Origin: Paraspadella gotoi
Lineage: Eukaryota > Animalia > Chaetognatha
Reading direction: 5' to 3'
DNA length: 64,000 bases
NCBI GenBank assembly: GCA_051294375.1
Contig: CM119264.1
Span: forward strand, 9,541,157-9,605,156
Shown here: piece by piece, positions 40,772-52,926 of the stretch
Position numbering within the stretch: position 1 is the first letter of the stretch
Layout: each line of letters begins with the position of its first letter
Program-made: the position numbers and the translations under genes
Notes under the pieces: model-generated
Databases searched by the model: none
Told to the model about the DNA's origin: nothing
What the model saw: only the letters and a program-made list of their open reading frames with translations

Positions 40772-42903
40772 ATCTCTCTCAAAACTGTTTCAAACGCTTC
40801 CTCAAATACTAAATGCTCTGCTTAAAAAAAGTTTACTATCACTATCTGAGTGCAAGAAACTTACCTTTGTGGCGAGAGAAAGTAAGCATATCTCTTAGTA
40901 GTTCTCAAGCTTTACGAGCGTGAAGCAGGTTTGTGTTTTAATGTTTCTTTACTTGATTTAATTTTGTATTAAGTAAAAAAAATAAAAAAAAAATGGTTTT
41001 TATTTAATTCCTCTATTTATATTATCTTTTTATAGTCCAGCGTCCATTGCGTTTCTATGTCGTTCAATGCCGTTCCCAATGCCGTTTTGTATCTTCAATT
41101 TGCCTCTACATTGGAATTGATTAACAATGATAAATTACAAGCGCTTTCACTTGCAAACACGATTCTCGTCGCTTTTATTTTAGTCATGTTTTTATTCGAG
41201 AACTCTCACATTTTCTGGACTGACTCTTTCTATTCCTGCATTTGGATCACTGCAATGGCACTTCCGCTCGACCTTACCCATTCGCATTAAATGCTGAATT
41301 CGAGTTCTCTATTCAAGGGTTTTAATAATTCTATTCTTAATTTAAAATGGCTTCGCCTTTAGACGTGCGTGACGTAAGGAAAGACATTACGCGATTTATA
41401 TTGCATCTTTAACTAAGAATTTTAAAACAATTAGGAGTGATTCTAACTCTTGCTGTAGAACCCACAATTATGCAAACTAGATTTTACCGCCGGTTATATC
41501 AAAACTTTTGGTATCGCTATTATAGAAATCTGCCTAAGTTTTCATAATTCTCGATCCTTTACTACAGACAGCAAGTCGAATATTAACCGATCATTGAATC
41601 ATTATCACCCAAGGTGAGCGAAAAAAGAAACGGGCTTTTATACAAAAAAAAACATCATCGATGCGGCGGATTCAATCCTGATCGACCTTTGACCCCATTG
41701 CCTATGGGAATGCTCGCCAAACGGAAAGACATCGGATGCACCCGAACCTGGTGCCATGCTATGCCACTTGAAGGCACGCACTACAGCTGCAAATATTTTT
41801 CAATCAAGTTCAAACGACAATTCCTTCACTAAGTAAGTCTATTGCCGTTTTGAAGGTGACCAGGTGCTTGCCAAAACCACACGGGCAGGTTCCGAATTGG
41901 TGGATTAATTCCGCCTCACAAGATGACGAGTTGTAAGTAACAACTTCCCGTGGCTTCCACCACGACCTTCTGACTTTGCGTACGCACATCCGAAGCCAAG
42001 CTGTCTGCTGCAGAAATCCGCATGAAATGCTTTGGCTGAGGAGTCAAAACGACAGAGGTCGAACTTTTAACAAGAAAAAATGCGTCAAGAAATTGCCTGA
42101 CTCTTGAAAAAGAAGAGGTATATATTACATGGTAATGATATGCCAAATATGAACTTTGAGGCTGAGATGCTTCTTTTAAGGGGTCTGTGTCATCCAGGGG
42201 TTGTCCAAAAAATGAAAATTCGTTCAAACTTTTTTGAAAATGATTCCATTCAGCCAATCATTGGCTTGTGAAGTAATCACAAACTCTCATCTCTCTCACT
42301 CAATGGCCGATAATAATACATTCCGGCCTCATCACCTCTATACTCATTGCTCGTCAAAGGCATAGTGGCTCTGCTCCATTTGAGACAGGGTATGACGCGA
42401 TATCCTTCACTCGCGATGGTTCCACTTTAACAATAGTGCTTAACCGGTGTTTTTTAACTAAAAACTGTCTACGGCAAAGAAAAACAATCTGATAAATATG
42501 TACAATGAATAAAAAACTAGTAAGAAATACATAAAAATACAATAATGAAAATTTTCAGAAGAGAAATGGTAGAGCAAACATTCAATCTAATATGGCGTGA
42601 CACTGATGGTTTTTTACTAACGTTGATCGTAAGGTTGCGACTTGCTATGCACGCCAGACAAAAAATCTTGTATTTTTTTGTAACATGAGAGAGAGAGAGA
42701 GAAATTGATCACGAGTATGATTTTCGAGTTATAATTGGAATAAATACATTTTTTCGCTCTGCCTAATTCGATATTTACGATATATTGAAATTTTTTTTTT
42801 TATTTTCTGAAAAGTAAAGCAGAGCCAAACATTTGGAACAGTTATTTCATATTCACTATCTTTATCAGTTCAAGAATGGAGTTATCATTATCATAATTAA
42901 TTC

Positions 42904-44322
42904 ACATCGCGATCGCAGGACGGCCATAATAATAGGCAAAAGTTTTACAAACTGATTCAGTCGGCGAGAAAAGGGGGGAAAAAGGGGGACATTGGTATCT
43001 TATCTATTTTTAATTTTAGCCAAGTTTTAGAGAGAAGGAAAAAAGTCTTGTTCTGCTCGAGAACTGTTCGTTAACCCGCCACTGGGGTTTTATTTTTAAT
43101 TGATTTTATACTCACGTTTTTATATTTTAATCTCGAAATTGAGATTAATTTCACACCTCGTTTTTATGTAACAAACATTTTAGATCCGTTCCTCCGTTAG
43201 CCCAAATTGTCTGTGATAAATAAAACTTTACCAACCTGTTCCAAAAACTGGAACGTCATTTTAAATAAGAAAAGCTAAAAAGTCAGCCAACGTGATCAAA
43301 AAACTACAGAAGGTTACAAACACTGTTGCTTTATCATGTTGCCATGGCGACTGTTTAAGAACCTATTGTAGCATGTTTATATACCTTATTGATGTTTATT
43401 ACTTCATTTAATTTTTATTTACATTGATTATTGTTTACTGTTAGTTATTACTATTCCTTATTATTGTTTTTGTTGCATATAGATATTCTAGATGTTCTGG
43501 TAAAGCAAACTGAATATCTATATATTTTATTAATGGTACCACATTTTAGTACAGAAACAAAACAACTCTTGTTCATGGAAAATTTTAACATTTTCTATGG
43601 CTGATGTACTATGTAAAAATGTGGGCGTTATGCAAAATTGGAAAATAAAAGTAATTTTTTTTTATTTAAAAATGTCTATGATTCTACTTACTAGTTCGAA
43701 TTTTGATAAACTTGATTTCAATTATTTTTGCTACGCTTTATGCTTGTGGTGGCATAAAAAATTACGGATAGTAGTTTTCAGCCCCACTTTAATTGGCCTT
43801 CACATATATACAAAACTGTTAGTTTATTCACCGTTTTTGTTTTTTTTTCGGGATGCCCAAAAACGAAAATAATTAAAATTAAAAACTAAATTGTTTGGCC
43901 TCTGTAGATTTGGTTTTGATCTCGTTGGCTGACTTTAGTTCTTATTCCATTCAATTAATGTTCAGAATTGAACAGGTTGGTAAGTTTATTTATCAACAAA
44001 ACAATTTGGCGACAAGGACGGAGTAAAATGTTTTGTTACACTAAAAAGATTGCGTGAAATTAATTTCTTAATTTCAAGATTAAAATATAAAACATGAGTT
44101 TTAAAAATAATTTTAAAAAAAAACCCCAAACGGTTGGTTTAAAAACGTTGAACGTTCTAGGAGGGCAACAATCTCTTTCTCTGCCTACGTACAATTCCAA
44201 ACATGCCTGAAGGTAAAAAATAAGTACCAGATAACCAAATTTTTACCCCTTTCCCCCCATTCTTCGCGACTGAATCAGTTGTAAAACTTTTCCTATTATT
44301 GGCCGTCTCGAGTCGCAGATGT
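42904..44322. mobile_element. Non-autonomous TIR DNA transposon (~1.4 kb, ~85-bp imperfect TIRs), superfamily unassigned
   Basis: Left end ACATCGCGATCGCAGGACGGCCATAATAATAGGCAAAAGTTTTACAAACTGATTCAGTCGGCGAGAAAAGGGGGGAAA is the near reverse complement of right end TTTCCCCCCATTCTTCGCGACTGAATCAGTTGTAAAACTTTTCCTATTATTGGCCGTCTCGAGTCGCAGATGT; AT-rich interior with no transposase ORF; no clear TSD. Confidence 0.7.
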
Positions 44323-46466
44323 CATCTCCCGCCGGTGACTCCGCCAGTGACGTTCAACTTTTTATCTTGCGCCTGAAATGCACGCGTCGGCCGCACGAGC
44401 GTTGAAACAAAATTGGAATATGACATTATTCATTTATTGCAAGTCACATTCAGAGTGTGACTAATATTGACAAAAAAATAACTCTGAAATGTTAGAATTA
44501 GATTAAAATTAGTATTATGATAGTGTATTCACACCATGCCTCACCTCCATTCTACAACCAGCCAACGTGCATTGGCTCAGGCGTCTCGACAGTATGACAA
44601 GACAGTACTAGAGTCACTGAGAATCAAACACAACCCAACCCTCACGGTCAGATCTCCCACCCCCTTTTATACTGCCTAAGTGAACTAATTCAAAAATTAA
44701 GTCTTTGAAGAAATCTAGATATTTTTATTTGTATTTACGACTATTATTCAGCAAAAATTTAATTAATGAAACACCAAAAGTCTTTCTTCTTCTTATTAAA
44801 AATTTAACACATGTACCATATTCTTCAAATTAATGTATGGTCAAGTCACTGAAGAGAAAATGGTTAATGAAATAAGAGAATGGCTAAAATCTCTGAACAA
44901 AACAATAACATATTTTGTCGGTGAAGTGTGGTTTGCTATCCTCTCTCCTNNNNNNNNNNNNNNNNNNNNNNNNNCCTCCTCCTCCTCCTCCTCTTCTTCC
45001 TCCTCTTCCTCCTCCGACTCTCCCATCATCCACCGGGCGATTTAACTCGACTTAAAACCAGATATTTTATGTTTTTGCGTCTCGCGCTTCGTCTGGTCTT
45101 GGAGAATCACGTGACGGTCAGGTTCTCAGAGGAGTGGTGGTGTTTTCAAATATTCACGTGACTCAGATGTCGTATAGCAAACTATCTATATGATACATAT
45201 TAGAACTGAAGGTATATTATGATCGTTTAACTATCAGCAGATTATCGTAATAACGATTAGTTAAGCTTGCATGTGATAACTGCAAAGTGGTTCACGCGTA
45301 ATACCACTAACCGTTGATTCGACCGTTCCTTCCATCGGCGCCGTTATAGCGCCGGTTCTAGTCCTGGTCTCGAACGGTCCGCTAAACAACCTGTCGGAAG
45401 CCTACCGCCGGATCCCAAATCTCCCCGACCCACTGGGCACACTAAGTGTGGTGGCTATTCACACCCTCACAGAGGCTTGGCGATCCTCTCACCTTTCGGT
45501 CACTTCACAAACACGATTATTTTTTTCTCTTTTTTATTTGATCACGTGAACATTGGCGTCCTTGACGGTCAACCACCTGGAAGAAAAAGGGGTTCGCCCA
45601 GTCAACCGGGAATCTGCCTGAGCCTCATCTTTGTTGAAAAAAATTATATTCGGCACTAATAACACAAAGATACAAACTGGAGAAAAAGTAGTAATTCATT
45701 TTTCAAGTTCGAGAAAAACATGCGTCAAAATTTCGAGAAATTCTTGGACAGATTTTTGTTCTTCTGACCCTCTCGTCTATTCTTATGTGCATAATTTCTT
45801 TTTACAAACATCTCGGCATCTACTTTTTTTAATATGTTTCACGTCCCTATGAATTACTTTCACTTTCATTTTCCATTTATTCCCCCTTTTTATCATTTTA
45901 ATTCATTTCATTAACGATTCTTCGTTTTAAAAAGTCTCCCTGTCTATTTCACCGCCTTTAACTTCCCATCTCCCTATTTTTGACAATACCTCTATATTTG
46001 CTTCTTCCTCCCCTTCGCTTTCGTTTCCAACTTTTTCCCCCCAAAAATGACGATTCCAAAGAGAAATAAAAAAAAAGACTTTCCCCGGGAATTCCGATTC
46101 TCCGTCATTTTCCTTATTTGAAAATGGCATCTCACCCAAACTCTTTTTTCTCTTCTTTTTCCTACCTTTCTTCTATTCTAGTTTTTTTTCCCTTCGAAAA
46201 TCCCGAGAGTGTTCTTTATCAAGAGTCTTTTTGTTAGGAACCCAAGTTGAAAAGTAAAATGGGATCGAGGGAGGTTAAGAGAGAGACAGAGAGAGAGAGA
46301 AAAGAAAATCGCCATGCCAATCTGGTAGAAAAAGTCCGACCCCGTGGGATCGTAGCAGGGAAGCAGGGATCAAACCCCTCTCCCCTAATTCATTGAAATC
46401 GCCAACGACCTCTCACCTTTGTAGAGGACCAGGGAAGAGACTCACACCTCCCTTCCTTGCCCTTCG

Positions 46467-46591
<125 letters not shown>

Positions 46592-47211
46592 CTTCGTGGC
46601 CAGCTCCAACTCCCTGTTTGGCCATTTTATAAGCTTTAACGACGCCGCCCCTTTTGGATTCGCCATCGGTCCTCGGTCACTTACCAAACCCCTACCTTTC
46701 CTTCCTCACATGTGGACTCCGCACCCTTTCACTTTTCAACGGTCTTTTCAAACCACTTTTTCTTCGCCTTTCCACTCCACTCCCACTTTTTTTTTTCAGC
46801 TTCGAATTATTTTTTTTAACGTCATCTCCGCCGCGCCGAAGCCCAACGGACCTTGAGTGCGAGAGAGTGGTTATAAATTTCTAATTATTGTTAAGAGCGA
46901 TGCGGCTCTAAATGCCTCCGCGATGCCATCTGCAGGAGGGCGGAGAGAGAAAATGCAATCGCTACGCGGAGTTGTGAATTTGTGCTGAAAAAAAAAGTTA
47001 AGTTTGATTATTTATAAAAAAAATAATAATAAGGTTAAAATTTTTATCGTTAAAATATTTTTAAAACATTTTTGGGCAATAATCTTTATCTCTGTTGGTA
47101 AAAGTTAATTCAATATTTTTGCGGTTTTCTGCGTTCTACTAACAAATAATTACCTCGTTTTAGTTTAAATTGGTTGAAATTTTAGATTTAAATTTAATGA
47201 TAACTAGTGTG

Positions 47212-47288
47212 AAGAATAAGAATAAGAATAAGAATAAGAATAAGAATAAGAATAAGAATAAGAATAAGAATAAAAATAAGAATAAGAA
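47212..47288. repeat. (AAGAAT)n hexanucleotide microsatellite
   Basis: About 12 units, one variant. Confidence 0.95.
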
Positions 47289-48083
47289 CTGCAGGACAAA
47301 CTCATTATAAAGTATTGATATCCTTTCTGCTAAATCCTATATCACTCCTAATAACTCACTCTTCAGCCCTTCTTCCTGTATGTTTACATCATTTCTTTCT
47401 CTCTCTCTCCCTCTCTCTCTCTCTCTCTCCCCCCTTTCCCACCCAATTTTTCTCGCTCTCTTCTTTCTTTTCCCTTTTCCTTTCAATTCAGGTCATTTTT
47501 TTTTCTTTCATGGAATCAAATATTTTTCGTCTATTGACGTTTATTTTGTGTAATTCTTTCCTCATTAGTTTTCTCTTTTAAAAAGCCTTAAAGCTAATCG
47601 ATCGAGCATTGGCCGCCCAAATATCGTTCAAAACGAAGGTTTTTTTTGGGGATTACATATACTAAGGTCGTTTTTCAACCACCTCGTTTTGAACGACTTA
47701 CACTTTGAGAAGCGCACAAATAAATCTTTTTTTTTAATAAATATTCGTTGAATTGTTGGTTTTATGTTTAATAACCAAATAACTTATCTTATTCTATTTT
47801 AAGTTTTTCTTTTCTTTTCTTTCTTTTCTCTTCCCTTTCGACCTCAAACTTCCTTTCTCCTCCTCTTTACTCGTCACGTGACCTCCGACCCTTCACCCTC
47901 ACCTTTTTTTCGTCTCTCTCCTCCGTTCCCTTCTCTTTCTCTTTCTATTCCTCTTCCTCTTCCTCTTCCTCTTCCTCCCCCTTCTCGTCCTTTTTTGTGA
48001 CTCTGAACTCTCCGATCGATGAAAAGAAAAAGACTTAAAAGTAAGAAATAAAAGAACATCGAATGACGCAATCCGACTTCAAC

Positions 48084-48175
<92 letters not shown>

Positions 48176-48369
48176 ATATGATATGTTTTTAACACTGCTA
48201 AATTTCCGAATTGCTACATTGACCATGATCTACTACGTATATATATAACAAAAAAGTTTCTCCTAGTCTTTATTTTTTATTTATTCATTTTTTTTGCCGA
48301 GTCGCTGGTTCGAGAAATGAGCACTGGCCTGATTCAGCCATTCTTCTCCGAAAATGACTCGCGCCATTA

Positions 48370-48528
48370 TTTCGCGCCACTTTTGGCGCGGCGCGACCTC
48401 GGGACCCGCTGTCTTTGATGACGCCGCTTCGGAGAGAAAACAAATTTAGAATGAGTAACTTCTCCCTTATTGCGTTAGCCCGAGGCGACCCGAATGAACC
48501 ATATTAGATTAGGCCAATCCGAGCCAAT
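48370..48528. promoter_or_regulatory. Candidate cis-regulatory cluster: paired E2F-like sites and two CCAAT boxes in a CpG-rich patch
   Basis: TTTCGCGC (48370-77) and TTTGGCGC (48382-89) both match TTTSSCGC; CCAAT at 48514-18 and 48524-28. Motif match only. Confidence 0.25.
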
Positions 48529-51500
48529 AAAGCTCATTTCGTGAAGGGAATCCATACAAAATATCCCGCCGTTTCCCCGCCGACGCCGTCTCTATTTTCT
48601 CTTCTCGGCGCGCGTGACAATTTCCTATACACTTTTATTTTCTTTTCCCTTTCCATTTTCTTTCCCTTTCCATTTTCTGTCTCAATTTTCTTCTCCCGTT
48701 TGTTACATCTTTTGACAGTGATCCTTTATTTATTCAATTTTTCAATCCACGTTTCTCCTCTTCTTTCAATCATTACATTTTCCGCGAGATCTCTGCTTAG
48801 ATTCAGTAATTGAGTCGAAAAGAAGCGAAGAGTTGAAATGAAAGAAATTTGGTTCTCTCGAACTTGAAAAGTTTAAATGAGAATAAATTGCTTCAAATTT
48901 AGTCATTGGTTCTGTAAGATTGAACTTTTTTTTGTAAAGATACAAAAAATCTTAAAAATTATTAACAATTTAACAATATTGAATAAATAAATAATAAACT
49001 AGCAAATAAAGGGGAAATAAAAAAAAATTTTACCACCCAAAACTTTTTTTTATCCAAAACCCAAAAATTTCCCCAGAGAGAAAAACTCTATTTACTCGAG
49101 GATGGGAAAAAGATTACGAGGGACAATGGGAGGGAGGTAGAGGAAAAAGAGAAACAGAGAGAGAGAGAGTGAGAAAGACAGAGAGTGAGAGAAATACCGA
49201 GAGAAGAAGAAACAGAGAGATTGAGGTAGAGTGACAGTGAGCGAGATGGATCGTTGGCTTGAGGGATAAGAAAGTCACGTGTTCCGAAAACAATACGGAC
49301 TCTAAATTCTCGACACTGGATACCGGTTTGCCAATCAATCGTAGTTTAAGACTTTCGTTACTAATTCACAAAACTAAACATATACATATATTGACTATAT
49401 TTGGTTTATAAGTAAAAAGACCCTGAGATGAAGGTGACCTTATGTGAAGACTTAATAGAGAAGATTCACTGAATGAGTGGTTACGTACTAAGTACTAGGT
49501 CTTCAAGTGATCTTCAAGACCTTTGTAACTTTGATCGCGCACCCATATAATATTCCGTGGGTTACACCTTGGTATTTGATCTCAAATTACGTCAAGGATA
49601 TTTTGTTTAATTAAAAACAGAGGTCGCCCTCTGGAGACCTTTTTTTGTCGATGGCAGTTTTAACTTCTACTTCAAGGAAAAGGATTACGATAATCAAAAA
49701 GATAAAAGAACTGATGTTTGTTTTCGTCTCGATAAGACGACGACGACGACGACGACGACAACGTCGATGACGACTGCTACTATGACGACGCCATCGACGA
49801 AGAAGATCGAGAAATCATATGATTTGTATTGAAATATTAGATAAAATCAAAGTACAAATTGTCTATAATATATTAATATGTATGCAACGATTGATAGTAT
49901 CGAAGGAAAATAAAACGTATGTAGATAAGATGCTAAGTGGGCTGAAGACCACTATCCGTATCTTCTGTGCCCCCTCGGCTGTAATGGAACGGGCCCTGTG
50001 CTTGGAACCAGGCTTGAGGGTTTTCCAGACCCCCAAGGCGGTTTACGTCAGTTCTAACGTTTCCTACGGAGATCGATCGATCGATCGATCCGGTCACCTA
50101 ATGGTCATGAGCTGATGGTATTACTAGTGAACTTATGCCATTCCCGACTACAAGTATGGCAACGACAATCACAAACGTAATCAACTATCGAGTCGACGAA
50201 AACGAAGAGAAAAAAAATCCGGGCAGATATTACGTCAGTTGTAAATAAAAAAAAAATCAACAATCGAGAGGGAAATTAAGGAGAGGCGACGACGAGGACA
50301 ACAACAACAACGACGACGACGACGACGGCAGTCACGACCACGACGTAGGTATTAAGTCAGAATCAGGTGCGTGATCCGGGGCTTGAGCCCATAGATAGAT
50401 TGCCTTCTTGCGATCTCATTTTATGCAGGTAATTTCGGACGAGTCCGCTCGTTTTGGCGAATAGAGAAGGGAGAGGAGACGGAGTGGGTTGAAACGAAAA
50501 CAGGACCTTTTTTGTCGCCGATGGAAAAAGGAATGAAGGAGGGAGCGATGCTGAAAAGATGGAGAGAAGAGTGGAGGGACGGAGAAAGAATAAATTGGAG
50601 AAAAGAAACGAGAAAGAGAATGAGGAGAATAAGAAAGATTACATAGAATTAGGGTAAAGTGAAACCGAATCTGTATAGTTTTTGTGGCCAATTGAGAGGT
50701 CTTTCTTTAGAAGTAAACTAAAAAAAATATTTCGAAACTACTACAAGTACCACCATGACTAAAAGCTTGATAAAATCTGAAAATAACATATAGGGACAGA
50801 AAAGGAAAGCCTCTGGCCGAAAACGATCCTAACGTAGTCTGGTGACAGAAAAGAAAACAGTTTCATAACCAACATCATTTCGAAACTAATCGCTTTTTTA
50901 TCTAAGTTTCTAAAAATAATTTTATATTATTATATAAATAATGTATCGCAGTATTTTGTCAAAAAAATTAAATAAGAGATATTAATAAAAATCTTTGAAA
51001 AATTATATGGGTATTGATGGAGGGTGAGGAATAGGAAAAGTAAAAAATGTGGAGGTGGGCGAAGAAAAAAGAACTTTGAATTGTGTTGGAGAAAATCTAA
51101 TCAAACGAGAGAAAGAGAACAGAGAGAGAGGGCGTTGAGAGAGTTACAGCCGCTGCAAAAGGTAAAAAAAGTCAATAGGAAAGAGAGAAAGAGAGAAAGA
51201 GAGAAAGAGAGAGAGAGAGAATTCAATAATCCAGGAGCCCGGTTCCTGAATTTCGAGCTTTTTTTATGCTAATGGGTTTCTCTTTTCTTTTGCTATCGAT
51301 GCCGAGAATAAACTGACTTTTCTTTGTCGAAAAATTAAGACTCTGAAAAAAAAAAATAAAGAATTAATCGAAAATCGAAAATCGAAAATCGGAGGTAGAA
51401 AGAATCAAAATGAAAGATCAGAAAAAAACTTTGGGGCAGAAAGCCAAGGAGAAAAGAAAAATTCGAGAAAAGAGAAACAGCGAAAGATGATGACGACGAA

Positions 51501-51574
51501 AATTGGAAACAAAACGATGAAAACGACGACAAAGACAAAACAGAAAATGGGAAAGGGTGAACTGGAAAGTAAAC

Positions 51575-51606
<32 letters not shown>

Positions 51607-51859
51607 AACATGCCCAAGAAAAAGTAAAGGACGGAAGCGATTACCTTCGTCTTCACTGCGCCCTTGCATTCGAATTGGCTTCGTCTTATCTCTCGTTTGC
51701 CGCAAAGAATTTAGACGAAATTCGTGAGTTTTTTTCTTTACACACACAAAAAAATACTTGAGAAAAAAAATATAGAAAAAAAGTAACAAAAATGAGAGAG
51801 AAGCGAAATAAAGAAAAATTTCTAAAATGTTTGGAATCGGATTTAACCACAGTTAATAT

Positions 51860-51984
<125 letters not shown>

Positions 51985-52244
51985 TCCTTCTAAGTACTGC
52001 CAACCCCATCACTGTCGGTCGGTCGGTCGGTGATTGATTTCTTTTTTCGTGATTGGTTATTTTCGTTACTGGACCATTTGTTTTAAAAACTCTGATTGGT
52101 CTAGGAGAAACTTGCCCTCTCATTGGTCAATTCTACTTAAGATAAAAAAAACGAAAGATGGAACGGCGAGAGATCTATGGCGCCCGTGGGGGAGGAAGGC
52201 GGCACGTAAGAAAAAAAAAGGACCATTTGCTTTTTTGGGGAAGC

Positions 52245-52288
<44 letters not shown>

Positions 52289-52339
52289 GAGAGAGAGAGA
52301 GAAGAGAGAAGAGAAGAGAGAGAGAGAGAAGAGAAGAAA

Positions 52340-52419
<80 letters not shown>

Positions 52420-52764
52420 TCTTGCAAACGAGATAATGGAAGGATCATAAACCTAACCATTGAGGAAGATTGGAATGCTTATCGCTTCCATGGAATCGAA
52501 AGAATGGAGTAGAAATTGTGACAAAAGCAATCACGTAAACTGTAACGCCGAGATTTCTGTCCAGATTTACTTCATTTTTATTTCATTAAAGATGGAATAA
52601 AATTATTTAAAATAAAAAGGGAGAGAAAAATAACGTAGGATAAATAACGAAAGATCCATACTGTGATTTTGAGAAATGCTGTCCTTTCCATGACAAAATC
52701 GAAAATGGATTTTCCAATAGCCAGGGTTGTTTTTCTACTTCTATCCTGGTGTTTTCGAATAATT
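51985..52764 (+). repeat. Duplication C, copy 1 (copy 2 at 52927-55419)
   Basis: TCCTTCTAAGTACT...GACCATTTGC and TCTTGCAAACGAGATAATGG...GTTTTCGAA(A)TAATT blocks occur in both copies. Confidence 0.9.
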
Positions 52765-52926
52765 GAGGAGAGAGGAGAGAGAGAGAGAGAGAGGAGGGGA
52801 GAGAGGAGAGAGAGGGAGAGCAGAGGCGGTCCGAAAAGACGGGAGAGAGAGGAGGAGAGGAGGGAGAGAGAGAAGAGATGAGAGAGAGAGAGAGAAGAAG
52901 AGAAGCGAACAGAGAGAGACGAGAGA

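Noticed and set aside
44400-44690. Possible solo LTR on the minus strand (TATAAAA at 44665-71, AATAAA at 44433-38)
   Set aside because: No TG...CA termini with TSD, PBS or second copy could be defined
49940-50055. GC-rich segment with GCC-CCCTC-GGC resembling HDV-like ribozyme P3/L3
   Set aside because: L3 is too short and no P1/P2 partners were found; may be an unrecognised repeat fragment
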